A stretch of 64,000 nucleotides of DNA from the human T2T-CHM13v2.0 reference genome, Homo sapiens: assembly GCF_009914755.1 (NCBI RefSeq), contig NC_060926.1; one strand, given 5' to 3'. The position numbers and the translations under genes were made by a program. This document shows positions 63,828 through 64,000 of this stretch, piece by piece; the stretch's first letter is position 1; every line of letters begins with the position of its first letter. Under the pieces are notes generated by a model. It ran no database searches and was not told where the DNA came from. It worked only from the letters and a program-made list of their open reading frames with translations.

Positions 63828-64000
63828 GGCCAGGAGCAGTGGCTCATGCCTGTAATCCCAGCACTTTGGGAGGCCGAGGCGGGTGGATCACGACGTCAGG
63901 AGATCGAGACCACCCTGGCTAACATGGTGAAACCCCGTCTCTACTAAAAATACAAAAATTAGCCGGGTGTGGCGGCGTGCACCTTAGTCCCAGCTGCTGG
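63828..64000 (+). mobile_element. AluY-like, cut by window end
   Basis: ggccaggagcagtggctcatgcctgtaatcccagc..gagatcgagacc. Confidence 0.95.

Overview
AT-rich, CpG-depleted primate genomic DNA, most likely human or great ape given AluY/AluYd and L1PA2-type elements. No protein-coding gene, RNA gene or CRISPR array is supportable. The ORF track is explained by Alu, L1, LTR and low-complexity sequence or by chance. The window is a mosaic of about 17 Alus, old and young L1 pieces, L2/MIR relics, five plus-strand solo LTRs (THE1, MER67-like, LTR8-like, MLT2A, MST) and DNA transposon relics (MER5A, MER81, Tigger1). The strong plus-strand bias of L1s and LTRs hints that this is an intron of a minus-strand gene. 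The least explained structures are: a ~226-bp-arm, ~90%-identical non-Alu inverted repeat (14411-15142); a degenerate ~55-bp tandem array (54571-55170); two adjacent Alus sharing the rare AluYd 12-bp deletion; two short dispersed duplications that look like templated-repair scars; a triple D-box inside an LTR8; and a CpG-retaining exon-like segment (4850-4950). Repeat family names come from recalled consensus sequences, not from a database search.
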